Below, one piece after another: positions 24,193 to 37,487 of a DNA stretch of 49,164 nt. This stretch comes from Octopus sinensis. Lineage: Eukaryota. The notes beneath the pieces are model-generated. The model worked only from the letters and a program-made list of their open reading frames with translations, had not been told where the DNA came from and made no database searches. Position 1 is the first letter of the stretch, and each line of letters begins with the position of its first letter. A program made the position numbers and the translations under genes. The stretch is taken from contig NW_021834376.1 in assembly GCF_006345805.1 (NCBI RefSeq), positions 1-49,164 of the forward strand. The letters run 5' to 3'.

Positions 24193-25500
24193 GATACAAG
24201 TTGGAGAGAAAGATGCCCTCGAACTGGAGACCTGTCCTCGGTGCTTGCAGCGGAATGGATTCTGCTGAAGAATACCCCAAAACCAAGGGTGGTTTTAAAT
24301 AGGGCAAGTTATTAAGTCTACCACCGTTAGTAAATACCTTTTGTGGCAGCAAGGAGAACATTTGTAGCTGTTATGAATCTTGAGTTAATTTCCCAATTTG
24401 CATTCGTTTTACTTTTTCTTACCTTTTGTTAATAATCTTTAAGTAGATTGAATTGGCATTTAAATAATTCTGTTTAAAGTAATGGTTGAAACCATCATCA
24501 TCATTCTCTCATCATCATCATCATCGTCGTCATCTTCTTGTCTCACTGTTCCAGAATCTGATTATGGTGCTAATTGACTTACCTCCAGTCCTTTGTATCT
24601 CACACACCCATTCGTTCTTTTGTCAATCAACGTTAACTCAGACCTAACTGGTTCTAATCTATCTGTGTGAAAGTCAGAAGAGGTTCTTTGTCGTGCTGCT
24701 CTGCTGTGATTACACTTTTCTTTTGTCACAAACCGTTTCTTGGACGAAGACTTTAATGATTGCAATTTAGCTTTGAAAGTCACACCTGATACGTGGCTTT
24801 CTTTTCTTTTTCTTTTTTTTTTGTTATTATATTTATATTTAATTTCTTTCTTTCCTTTTTTTTTTTTTTTTTTTTAACAAGATTGATGTTTATATAAAAC
24901 AATTCTGAACTGATTACTTCACGATGTTAATAACATGCTGTGATTCATGACAATACATTTAATTAGAACAATGACAATATGTGGCAAAGTTCATAGCTGT
25001 AATTAACATCATTGTAAAAATCTTGTGTTCCTTTCTCTCTGTTTTGATATTCATATCAAGGAACAGAAGACGCTGCCAGTGCCAGGGTCCATCTGTGCTA
25101 CAAGATCCATTTCTTACTTAAGAATGGCTATCTGCTCCTTTTGATTTTTTTTTTTTTTTTTTTTATGACAGATTTTGATGCCTCATTAGGGGAAAGTACA
25201 TTTGTTTCCTATTCTTCGTCTCATTTAATTAGCAACAAAATGTTGACTTCATTTGCATCATTTTTTTTGTTTTGCGATCACTTCCCATGCTTTCCTGGGT
25301 TAGACGAGTCAGTTCCTATTTGGTCTTAGTCGGTTCTTATTTTCAGAGTTACTGCCATCTAAATAGTGTGGAATACCATTTTTAGCATGATTTCTATGGT
25401 CAGAGCCCCTTATTACTGCCAACCACTTAACACAGTGTCTTGATGTATTTTATTATAGCATCAGCGCTCGAAAGACGGCCATGTCTTGCAAACAGACTTA

Positions 25501-26093
25501 AGGATGAGCTGGCAGAACCGTTAGCACGCTGGGCGAAATACTTAGCGGTATTTCGTCTGTCATTACGCTCTGAGTTCAAATTCCACCAAGGTCAACTTTG
25601 CCTTTCATCCTTTCGGGGTCGATAAATAAAGTACCAGTTACACACTGGGGTCAATGTAATCAACTTAATCCCTTTGTCTGTCCTTGTTTGTCCCCTCTAT
25701 GTTTAGCCCCTTGTGGGTAGTAAAGAAATAGGTATTTCGTCTGCCGTTATGTTCTGAGTTCAAATCCCGCCGAGGTCGACTTTGCCTTTCATCCTTTCGG
25801 GGTCGATAAATAAAGTACCAGTTACACACTGGGGTCAATGTAATCAACTTAATCCCTTTGTCTGTCCTTGTTTGTCCCCTCTATGTTTAGCCCCTTGTGG
25901 GTAGTAAAGAAATAGGTATTTCGTCTGCCGTTACGTTCTGAGTTCAAATCCCGCCGAGGTCGACTTTGCCTTTCATCCTTTCGGGATCATTAAAGTACAA
26001 GTTTTGCACTGGGGTCGATGTAATGACTTAATCCCTTTGTCTGTCCTTGTTTGTCCCCTCTATGTTTAGCCCCTTGTGGGCAATAAAGAAATA
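25501..26093 (+). mobile_element. SINE family B, head-to-tail trimer (184-bp period)
   Basis: Units start with GGTATTTCGTCTG at 25547, 25731 and 25915. Confidence 0.9.
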
Positions 26094-26110
26094 TTATTAT
26101 TATTATTATT

Positions 26111-26480
26111 CTGTAGTCTTATTTTAATCACATGCTTTCACTTCACTACTGAGCACAGCTCTGTGTGCCTTGGGTATGTGCTGTTGTTTGCTGTGATACT
26201 CTTATGGTTACTATATTGAAAGTGTTTTACGTAGGATGTGTGCAGTGCCTAGTAGTGCAATTTTCTATATGTTATATATACCTGTTTGTCCTGGTGCTTT
26301 TGTCATGCATTTGTCGGAATATTTTTTGTCATACATAATGCACCCCCTATGATAGGAATTGTTTCTGTTTTTAGACACCTCATTCGATTCACCTCTGTTT
26401 CCAGGTCTTTGTATTTTGAAAGTTTCTCCATTTCTTTCAGAGAAACGTTGCCATCTGTTAGTATTGATACATCAATTAGA
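26111..26480 (-). mobile_element. 5'-truncated R4/Dong-clade LINE (restriction-like endonuclease C-terminus plus 3' UTR), decayed
   Basis: Minus-strand peptide LIDVSILTDGNVSLKEMEKLSKYKDLETEVNRMRCLKTETIPIIGGAL...KIALLGTAHILRKTLSI matches the R4/Dong 'IDV..P.D.N...KE.EK..KY.DL..E...W....VP.I.GALG...QK..LLGT..ILR' pattern; flanked both sides by (TAA)n. Confidence 0.85.
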
Positions 26481-26481
26481 A

Positions 26482-26517
<36 letters not shown>

Positions 26518-27164
26518 AATTAAGCAAAACATCAAGCTGCCAGCTGAGTTCAAATACTGCTGAGGTCAGCTGTGCCTTTCATCCTTTGGGGGGGGGGGGT
26601 TTATAAAATAAAATGCCGGGGTTGATGTAACCAACTCTCCCACACACACACACACACATACATACACATTTTACTTCATGATTGCTGGCTTTATGCCAAA
26701 ATTAGAATTCTCTGTTAGTAATTAATTTATTCACCTAGATTTTATCCTTGCCTATATCTCTCTGTCTCTCTCTCTATATATGTGTGTGTGTGTGTATTAT
26801 ATATATATATATGTGTGTGTATGTATAGAGAGAGTGGTATGTATGTGTATATATATATATATACACACACATTCATACATGCACATATTCACATTTGTTT
26901 GTGAAAATATGCATTTATGTTGATATTTCAATTGGAACATTTGACCAAATTAGTAGTTCATGTTGACATTCCTCGTTGGCATTAAGGCCAGTTGCTGTGC
27001 ATTCAATGACTTTTAGGATATGAAATTCCTTTACCTGAAAAGCAGGTAAGCATCGGCTGCAAGAAGAGCATCGGACCATGAAATCCTGCCTTCAAAATAA
27101 CTCCCCATCTAACCCATGCCACCATAGAAAAATAGACATCAAACAAGCAAAAGAATATACATGC

Positions 27165-27196
<32 letters not shown>

Positions 27197-29149
27197 ACAT
27201 GAATATATATATATATGTATATATATATTTAATGTTTTTGCTATATTATATTCTGTTTATTCCATGCTAACACGGCTGAGATGGGTTTTACAAATTCGTA
27301 CAGCAACTGCATTTTCGCAGTAATTGTTTTTGCAGCTGGATATGAAGTTCTCTGTGATGTAAGAATAGAAACTAAGGCAAACAGAATTTTGTGTATGTCT
27401 GGCAGAGCGGTGGATGGCGGTGGCGGTGGAAGGGGTTAGGATGGGGGGGGGAGTGGGTGTTTCAGAACACCTAGAATGGCTGTAGTGAGTGTTTCGGTTC
27501 CGTTTGGTTATTATCTGTAAACAAAATAACCTTTTCAACTGTAACTAAAACAAACAGGACTTGATATTTTCGATGTTTCCTGCTCTCAGGGAATTGAGTG
27601 TGTGCCAACGTGGAAGAACAGATAGATAACACTGAAAAAGAATTCCAGTGTTCCTACAGAGAAAAAATTGCAGTTTAGGCATGATGACATGGCATTCTCT
27701 TCCTCTGTCAGAACAACATTTATAAGCAGGAGACCTCCAAGAATATGAGAACAATGAAATTAAATAGAATGGTCAAATTTTTTTTTTCTCCTTTTCAAAT
27801 TACGAATTGTCATTAGCCAAACTCGTGGAATTTGTTCCAAAATTCATTTATTTCATCAAAAACAATAAATGCCATGCTTTCACAATTTCATTCATTCTTA
27901 GTTTTATTCATAATTCAGGTCTTTGAACTTTTTGTTAGTTTTCATTATAACTCGAGTTTTAATTCTCACCTGGAGCTGTTTTGCTCAAACCTTTATACCT
28001 GTGTTACTCACCTTTTTTTTTTTTTACCCGTGGACCCCTATCGTTCCTGTTTTACTCAGCTGTACCCCTCTTTGCCATTTGATGGTTTAAAAATATCATA
28101 TTTCTATAATTAAATATTATTTGTGAATTGTATAAAAAATTAAGATATTTTTCTGTAATTTAGAAGTACAACCAATTTATTACAGACAAGCAAAGTCGTA
28201 GTACTAAATTCTTTTGTTTTCTTCAAAATTAATTGAAATAAAGGCCATGTAGTCCAACAGAAATATGGTAAAAAATGAGTGAAAGAATAATTCATCACAC
28301 CCACTCACATCATATCACAATGCAAGTTCTTCAAGTCTTAATTATATTTAAAGAACATCTAATGTTTTTGCAAGATTCTCAGGATATTCTTCCTGTGTGG
28401 TTACATCTGTAAGTAAAAGACAGCTATAATTACAGAAATTGCCACTTGCCTTCCAGCACCCAGTGGCAAAGAAACCCCTACTTCTACTGTATCAAGTATC
28501 GACTTCGCGCTTAATTTTCTATGCGCCAACAGAAGAGGAATAATTCTATTATTACCTTAGTTCTTGCTTCATAAGAATACCAATGGATTCATTTCACTCT
28601 CTTGTCCTTCTACAAGACTTTGTTGTATTGGATCTCTCTTTCCCCGCCTCCACATGAATTTCTGGAACCTGATTGGTCACAACTACCTACAATCATAGGT
28701 CTGTCTGCTTGGTACTACAAGACTGACCATAAATGTGCCAAACCTGTTGGAGGAATATTGAAAATATCCCCACCCCCGTAGCCCTTCGGCAAAGCACACA
28801 CATACATCAGTGAAACTTAAGTATGTAATTAGTTGAACAGTATCACTTTATAGATGGTGTGGTTAGGGGCAGGAACAGTGTTCAACCATAAACAATATTC
28901 TTGTCAACCAAGCATCTAGTGAGAGTCTGGTGGTGGTGGTGGAAGAGGACAACAGAAGTGGTGTTACCATGGTGGTGCAAGTGATGTGGGGGTGATGTGC
29001 TGGAACCAGGTTATCACCCACTAATGGTACAGCGAAAGTCTGTTTTAGTGACACTGGTACCAAATGTAAATTAACTCTGCAGTCTGACAGATTTAATGGC
29101 ATGACTACCAGGGGTGGGGGGGTCTCCCTCACCCACCCACCCTGCACTG

Positions 29150-29188
<39 letters not shown>

Positions 29189-29299
29189 AACTCTCCAACT
29201 AATGATTTTCTCACCCCCACAAGCAAAATTCCCCTGGCTCTTGTGCTAATATCTTTATATTAATTATAACATCTTCCCTGCCTAATCAATGCCGGTACT

Positions 29300-29470
29300 T
29301 CTACCACCACCACCACCACCACCGTCACTAACCACTGAAACCACCAATACCATTATCTACCACTACTGCTCCCACCACCATTACTCCTACCACAGCTACT
29401 AACAACAACACTACTACAACAACAACCACCACAACTACTACGATTACTACCACTGCTTCTACTGCTGCTA
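29300..29470. repeat. (ACC)n/(ACT)n/(AAC)n trinucleotide low-complexity tract
   Basis: Directly visible. Confidence 0.85.
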
Positions 29471-29714
29471 ACATAGCCCCAGGTGGTCTCACATTTATTC
29501 GGGTTACCTTATTCTTGCTAAAAATTCCTCTTAATCACATTGGCATCGCATTTCCTTCTCGAATGGCAGCCGTTTCCGCTGAGCCTGTTTCCTGCTCTTC
29601 CGTTGTTTTTGTTTGTTTTTTGTGTGTTTTTTTTGCTTCTTTTTTATCTCCCCCCCCCACCTCTCCCCCATTGTCTCCGTCTAGTTCCATCTCTCCTGTC
29701 AACGGAGGTTACTC

Positions 29715-29757
<43 letters not shown>

Positions 29758-31308
29758 AGAGGGGTTCTAACCGCGCCACCTTACTACCATCAACAGTCGG
29801 TGGGGGTGCGGAGGCGCGGGGACTCGACTCGCCTTATCTAACTCTCCGTCTATGCAAAATAACAATCCTCCGTTGCTTTACAGTATCACTACCAGTTTCT
29901 TCGGAGATACACAGAGAGAGGGCACGATCGAGAGAAACATATCTATATATATATATATATATACACACATATATATATGTGTATATATATGTGTGTATAG
30001 TTATGCTGAGTGCTTGTGGTGCCCAAGCTCTTTTCCTCATTGATTCTTTTACATCAAGTGTCATATTTCTAGTATTTAGCATGGGGAAGAAGAGATCAAT
30101 AGAGCTATAAGATCTTAAGGTTATGCGGGTAATGTTAGTTATTGTATTGATCCTTTTGGGAACCAATAAATCATGGGGGTTTTTTTTTTTTTATTGTTTT
30201 GTTTGTTTTTGTGTTTTTTAGAATGAGGGTATACTTTTTTTTCTTTTTGCTTCACCGTTTGCTTGGTGTTTTTTTTTTCTGATTTTTTTTTTTTTTTTTT
30301 TTTTTACATATTTCTTATTTCAATTTTTTTTTTTCTTTTTGTTAAATCCGTATATGACATCTGCAAGTGAGATAAAATGTTGAAGTACCTTAGACAGAGA
30401 GCCAAATAAGCACTAGGTTCTGTAATGTAATTTCTTTCTTTTTTTTTTGTTTTTTTTTTTGTCTCCTCCTTCCCTCCCTCCACACACACACACACACACA
30501 CACACCCTTATCCATATGGCTTTCCTTATTTCTATCTACATGTTGGCACATTCTCTCTGGTGATTGATCATTACTTGGAGTGTACAAATAAATATACATA
30601 TGAGTGTGTGTGTGTGTGTGTACGTACATCATAGATGGATAGATAGACAGCTAGAAAGACACAGATTGACCAATAGATAGATAGACACAAATAAATAGAT
30701 AGGTGCAGATAGATAAATACAAATGGATAGATGAATACAGGTAGATATGGATAGATATAGAGAGAGACGCATGAATTCAACAGAGAAGATCGTAATAGAT
30801 GCAAACCATAAAAGGGCTCTTAAAAATTTGCAAGCGATTATAAACATTTCCTGGCTTTAGTAAGCTTTTACTTAAAGCTTCAGTCATTAGCAGTTAAGAG
30901 GACATCTATTTGTGTTTACATAGAGCTAAATCAATCACTTCTATAGAAATTTAGGTATAAATCAGCTAAAATAATAATTTGCTTCCCTCTCAGAGATAGA
31001 AAGTGCAGAGCTGAGAAGATATTTTTTTTCTTTTTTTAGCCTTGCCAAAGGCAAAGCAACCTTTCTAGTGCTCGTGCAATGAAAAACAAAACGTATCCAG
31101 TATACTCGTTACCCAAGTATACTCGGTTCTCAAGTGAGAAGTGCACATGTATGGAACTGAGTCAACTCGGCTGTTAATAGTGGTAACTTCCTGGAATTTT
31201 CCATATTCCATATGTATTATGCATTTTTTATCTGGACTGGTCAAATAGAAGAACACCAAATTTCAGCCTAATTACACATTTGTATATGCAGATTTAATCA
31301 GTACTGTG

Positions 31309-31550
31309 GTTGGCGAAAGCGTGGTGGACAACAAAAAACCTGGCTGATGACAGTCAAGGCTGATCTGAAACCCAACCTAGGCCTCCATATCTACGGCGTT
31401 CGCCGCTGGAATAAAAAGTGGCTGGAGATCACGTGGTCGTTAGCCTCAAATCGCCAGGCCTGGTCGGCGTTTGTGAGAGATGCAGCATTGAGGATGAATG
31501 AAGCCAGCTCAACCCACCCGGGGTGAATGCTGTCTCAAGACAAGTCAAGT
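31309..31550 (+). mobile_element. 5'-truncated RTE-clade LINE 3' end
   Basis: Open frame 31311-31526 WRKRGGQQKTWLMTVKADLKPNLGLHIYGVRRWNKKWLEITWSLASNRQAWSAFVRDAALRMNEASSTHPG* (RTE 'RGGQ..TW...A..R..W' C-terminus); (CAAGT)n tail; direct repeat AGTACTGTG on both flanks. Confidence 0.8.
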
Positions 31551-31574
31551 ACTGTGTGGGTTAAAGAATGGGAA

Positions 31575-31900
31575 CAGAATTGGTGGTTGGTGTTAGGAAG
31601 GGCATCAAGCTGTAGAACAGCCATGCCAAAACTGAAATGCTAACCAGCAAGATGTGGTCCTCTAACCCTTCCAATTCTGTTTGAACTGTCCGACTTTTGG
31701 CACCATGGGAAGCAGAGATGAAATAATGATTACGATGATGATGGTTTGGCGTTAGGAAGGGCATCCAGCCTTAGAAACATTGCCAGATCAGACTGGGCCT
31801 GGTGCAGCCTTCTGGCTTCCCAGACCCCAGTTGAACCGTCCAATCCATGCCAGCATGGAAAGCGGACGCTAAATGATGATGATGATGATGATGATGATGT
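31575..31900 (+). mobile_element. Two tandem family C 3' fragments
   Basis: 'ggttggtgttaggaagggcatc...' occurs at ~31583 and ~31743, each followed by a (GAT)n tail. Confidence 0.75.
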
Positions 31901-32820
31901 GGTAATTGTCCTTTTATCTTCGGTGTAAATGTAAAGAAATATCTCAGCTCGTTGCTGCCCGTCTCCACCATTAAATCTAGGTATTGTGTAATTCGTAAGG
32001 GTTTTCAGGCTATTAGTCAATTTCTTTCTTTTTGTTTTTTTTTTATTTTAACCTCTCCACTCAACCACAACTGCTGCCAAAAATGGAAGTGGGCATTTTC
32101 ATATTTTCTCTCTTTTTTTTTTCTTTTTTATCTTTTTTTTTTCTTTTTCTTTTTTGTCTTAAAGCAGCATTAGACAGTATTTTAGTTTCTCAAAGACATC
32201 AATCACTGTAAAAACTAGTCTTTTTACAGTGATCATTGCTGCTATTTCCGCCGAGATCTGTACAATCTGAGCTATTTAAAATGTCATTGTCTGCAGAGGC
32301 GGCTTTATGAAACACACTTTAGCATATGGCCTTTCTAGGGGGGAACTACAATCACTAGCCCCATTTCAGGGTAATTTTGAAAGACGTCTTTCGGCATTGA
32401 TGACTGTGTGCCGGAACCGAGCACACACATCCAAAATCAATTGATAGCACATACACACACATGTGTACATATGTATATATATATATATATATATATACTT
32501 CAATACACACATACACATAAGTAGAGAAAGTCATTATGCTGTCTGGTTCTAGCTGCTTACTGACATGCATCAGATTGGATGGTGAAAATGTACCGATGAA
32601 GTTTTACTATAGCAAGTGACCTCTGCATGTGTGTGTGTGTGTGTGCGGATGTGCATATGTATGTATGTATGTGTGCCTAACAACGTGCTTTCGGTGTGAA
32701 TAGGGAAAAAAAAATCATACATTTTTCTAAACGTCTAGAATGAACCAAGATTAAAACTGACGAGGACTTGTGTATAATTTTTCAGTACATTTCTTTCACA
32801 CACACACCCACATACATACA

Positions 32821-32866
<46 letters not shown>

Positions 32867-33664
32867 TACATATATAGTGAGATAGATAAGTATATATATA
32901 TATATATATATATGTGCGTGTATGTAGGGAAAAATTTCAGAAAAGCCTATTTCCGTTTCTTAAGCTTATGACATACTTTGACACCTACTCCACCCTGCCC
33001 CACCCCCTCCACCACGTGAGTTACACGGTTGAATCAATTTTCATTTTTTTTTTTGGTTTTTTTTTTTTTTTTCGCTGGTAGTTGTTTCTAATTTATTTTT
33101 TTAATTTTTTTTCATTCCATCTAGCTTGCAGTCCAAGACTAATCATTCCTTCCTATTTATTCACTAAAGACTCTCCAAACGAAATTTCTTTCTTTCTTTT
33201 TTTTTTTTTTTTCTTTTGGTTTCTTTCTCCCAAAGACCATTTTCTGCTATATTTTCCTCACCATTCTTAGCTACTCTCCTCCTCTGGACCAACAACCATC
33301 TACCATATTTCATCTTTTTTTTTTTTTTTCCTTTTTGCTTTCTTTGTGGTAGGGTTAGTTTCAGAGTGGGCGTGTCTACTCTTATGTATGCATGAGTGTG
33401 TAACACTCCTTGAATCTTTTATACTTATTTTTCTTAATGGTTTCTCTATGTAACTTACACCATTTTAACCTGTTAATGTCTCGCACTCTGCCACAACTAT
33501 CAACGTTGACTCACGACAGCTATTACACTTTTTCCTGGCTTTGCTGATTGAGGTGCTTGGGGTCAACCGACGCCTTGAAGACCACTTATCTTTGAAGTCT
33601 GGTCTTCACTCTCTTGGTCTCTATTTGCTAAAATGCTAAGTTATGGAAGATGTAAACAAACAAT

Positions 33665-33975
33665 TACTGTCAACCACACAGTTCCAGGTTCAGTCTCACT
33701 GTGTAGCACCATGGGGCAAGTGTCTTCTTGGGTCGGCCAAAACCATGTGGGTGGATTTGGTAGAGGGGAATTGAAAGATGCTCATTGTGTGTGTGTGTGT
33801 CTGTCTGTCTTTGTCTCCGATCACTACTTGACATCCCTGCAACTTAGCAGTTCAGCAAGAGACACTGATAGAATAAGTGGTGGACTTTAATGAAACAAAT
33901 TCTGGAGTTGATTTCTTCAACCAGAACCTTTCAAGTGCCCCCCAGCTTGGCTACAGTCTAATGACTGAAACAGGG
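33665..33975 (+). mobile_element. Diverged SINE family A
   Basis: aaccacacagttccaggttcagtc...gatagaataag...atgactgaaac. Confidence 0.7.
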
Positions 33976-34076
33976 GTGGGGAGAAACAAAGAGGATCAAA
34001 AGGCCCACACGGTCACATGACCTCCTGGAAATAGCAGCTAATACGCTCTTAAGTAACACCACCCTATAGTCTTTAA

Positions 34077-34295
34077 ACCGTTAGTATTTAAACCGGCTTT
34101 ATCCAGCCAAAATAGCTAATCTATTTTATGTTCAAACTGAGCAGATCCAGGCTCTCACACCTACCCTACAATGTTATTCTACATTAAGTAATTACACCAT
34201 CAAGATCTTGAAGACATGAGATAATGCATGATTAATTCAAATCAATGAGAATCAATAGACATTATGTTTGATAGAATAATCTGAACGCTAAAGGG
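34077..34295. mobile_element. piggyBac-type MITE (family 2)
   Basis: TTAA on both sides; right end GAACGCTAAAGGG-TTAA; left end is a degenerate inverted copy. Confidence 0.6.
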
Positions 34296-35957
34296 TTAAA
34301 GACATTGGATAATTTAGTGTGAGATAAATTACATCTAAGACGTGATGGTCATGGCTAGAACACCTTGGGTTGTTGGTCTTTGTGGCTGTTCCTGACGGCT
34401 AAATGACAATTTCTTTATGTTTTCGCTTATTGTTACCTTTGTATATCCTGGCCGTGTGATGTATATTGGCTAGCCTACATGGCCTACATGTGATTATCTA
34501 TTATGTAGTGGTGTAAGTAGAAGCTGTCTGAGAGACTTCACCTAAATGACTCTCACACACATCTGCATACACACACTTATACCCACACACAGACACATCA
34601 TGCTATACACCACAACACACTTGTGATAAGGTTGTGTAAACATGCTTTTTGACCTCAGCTTTTGAATACAAGCACCATGCTCTGGCTGCCCCTTATCATG
34701 AAAAGTGCTGGTTAGTGTGTGGGGACGGGGGGGGGATAATGTGTCTCCTACCCAGCCACCCCTTTCGACCACTGCTACTATCACCTCTCAAATTTGTCAC
34801 AATGATAAATTAAGGTCCTTTTTTTTTTTTTTAATGGGGGTGAGCTAACCAAAATAGTATGGTGGTGGGGGACAGCCTTGCTTGTTGCTTTTCAACCCTT
34901 CAGGGTCGGTAAAATAAGTAGCTTTTGAATACTGAGGGTCGATGTAACCCACTAAACTCCTCCCTATCAAAACTTCAGGCTTTGAGCTTGTAATAGAAGC
35001 AATTATTTACTGCAAATTATCAGCTGTCCTCTATGTTATGGATGGAGTTCAATTCTTTTAGTCTTGTTCTTTGTTTTCTACCTGATGGGTTTATAACCCC
35101 CTCCATCCTCCCCTGTAGTCTAATCTGTCCCTCTCTCTCTCTCTCTCCTTTATTTATTAGGGTTAGTGATGTCTGAGTGACTGGTACTGTGGTTCAAACT
35201 CCCAGTATATGACCTAAGATTTAACTCAAGTGACCTCTCTGGAATGTGTTGTCATCTTATCTTATTGTTGTTGGTTTAAAGGTCAAACTGATTGAGTTGC
35301 TTTCTGGGTAACACATCTGTCATCTTTTACATGGACAAATCTGGGTCAGACCCTCACATAGATGTTACTTTGAATTATGAGTACCACCTCCCCTCCTTAT
35401 TTCATACTTTTCTCTTCGTTTTTTTTTTTGTTTGTTTTTCGTTTTCTTTTTTTTTTCATTTTAGAATTGCATTGCCGAATTCCTTAGTACAACTTTTTTC
35501 TGTCCCACTACTAAAAGAAAAATATAAAAGCAACAATAACTGGTTCTCCTTTGTGAATGCCAGTAGGAATTTTGCTTGTTTTAAAATATTAGCTAGTTTA
35601 TTAAATAAAATGGGTGAGCCATCTATAGCCATGGTTGGTATGTAAGTACGGGGTTGATGATATGCGCCATAGTTTCTCTGATTATTTATTTTTTTTTTTT
35701 CGGGTACCTATGTAGTTGCACGCAGCCGTAAGACCCTCATCTTGTGGCTACCTTAGTTCTGGCTCGGTAGAGCATACAAGATGTGACACCTGGAGAAAGT
35801 GGGGGGGGGGAGCTGCATCAGTACTAGACTTGTATTCGCTTTCGGCTGAGTATACTGGAGCAACACGTAAATGAAATAACTTGCTCAAGGACGCCACCGT
35901 GTATTGTGAAATCCAGAAATCGAACCCATAAACTTATGATCGTATATATACATATAT

Positions 35958-36125
35958 TCAAAACGTGACCGCGTGTGTACCGTTGGCGATTTTTTTCCCT
36001 CTGTCTTTCCTTCTCCTATGTTTCCGACGAAGAGCTCCGCTCGAAACGTTAAACCCTCCTTCTTTCCTGAGCGTCCAATAATAACTATATTTGTTCAACG
36101 TCCTCGCGTTGTTGTGTTTTTTTGT
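35958..36125 (+). mobile_element. Short Penelope-like/retrozyme-like element with hammerhead motif
   Basis: Follows a short TA tract; related to 7978-8162 (gaagagc..gctcgaaacgt, ttcctgagcg, taata..atttgtt). Confidence 0.55.
36020..36054 (+). ncRNA. Minimal type-I hammerhead ribozyme motif (U4C core variant)
   Basis: GUUU-CCGACGA-A-GAGC-UCC-GCUC-GAAA-C-GUU-AAAC: 4-bp stem I, 4-bp stem II, palindromic AACGUU, GUU triplet. Confidence 0.55.
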
Positions 36126-36232
36126 GGAGTATAGTGTAAAGAATAGAGGTCTATTCGATTCTTTTTCAGCTGTTTCATAATCGTGTTTTCTTCAATAGGA
36201 ATTACACCACTATTCACACGTGTGTATATGTA

Positions 36233-36272
<40 letters not shown>

Positions 36273-36828
36273 GAAACTCTGGTATCGTTATCTGTTAGTG
36301 TCCGTATATTTGGTGCTTATTTCTACACAGTGCCACAAACTTGGATCGTTTTCATCTTATAGTAAACGGTATCATAGTAATTTTGTCCAGCAAGTCAGGC
36401 TTGTTCTTGGCCGGGCCATTACATTCCACATTCTTTAAGACACACGACTCGTTCATTTGAAGGGTTTTTTTTTTAATTTTAAAATCTAATAGTAAAGTTT
36501 TTGCTACTAGAAATTATCGCCTTCTTCCATTATGCAAGTTTTACAAAGGCCCTGTTAATGTGTACAGAATATGTAAAGTTAAGAAGAAAAAAAAGAAATA
36601 ATAAAAGATACAATGTTAACGAAATCATTAAAGTGATCGCTTCTTTAGTTACAAAGGCCCACGTCGTTTTTATTAGCTTTGTTGAGTTCGTTGACTTAAA
36701 AATCTTTCCTTGTATTACTTGGTGTTTATTTTATCAACGATGTATGACCCTGGAAAGTGTTGAATTAAATATGTGTGAAGTTTCTAGCTCAGCTCTTTAC
36801 CATCTGTGCCAATTAACCAACGAATTTT

Positions 36829-36871
<43 letters not shown>

Positions 36872-37487
36872 ATAGGAAAATCTTTTATTAGATTAGATAG
36901 AATTATTTATTTAGAATTAAGCCTATTTCAGTCATACATCATCTTTTCACTCCTTTGGAATTGATAAAATGAGTACCAGAATTTCTACAAGTCTGTGTGT
37001 GTGTGTGTGTGTGTGTGAATTAATTTGTCTCCACCACCACCGCCTTCTGAGAAAAGTAAGGCCTTGTGTGTAAAGTAACGTCACTGTTACCGCCTCCACC
37101 ACCACCACCACCACCATCATCATCATCATTGCCGCTGTAACATAAACTTTATTACTCCAAGGGAGACAATCACCGACTGAATTAGATTTCACTATGTACT
37201 GCTAATATGTTACAGAGATAAGTTCCCTTCCTTCCCCCACTTTGCCCCTCCCTTTCACGCACACAACCCCTCTCTGTCTCACTTTCATTGTTTCTTTCTT
37301 TCTCTCTCTCTCTCTCTCTCTCTCATCTGTGGTCTACGTTTTCGTTTTTTTTTGTGTTTTTTAAAATTAAGGCATATTTTTACCGAGTTGAACAAAATTT
37401 TGTGTCTGTGTGTTTGTATACCTGCGTGTGTACGTACATGTACATTGCCTCACATAAACGTGTATATCTATATATATATATATATAT

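Noticed and set aside
24562-24783. Minus-strand 73-aa ORF containing a GAG|GTAAGT donor
   Set aside because: Upstream acceptor lacks a polypyrimidine tract and the peptide is unrecognisable; treated as a unique non-coding island
31344-31375. CTGATGA...GAAA hammerhead-like spacing
   Set aside because: Extra unpaired bases before GAAA, no stem I/III, and it lies within the RTE coding frame
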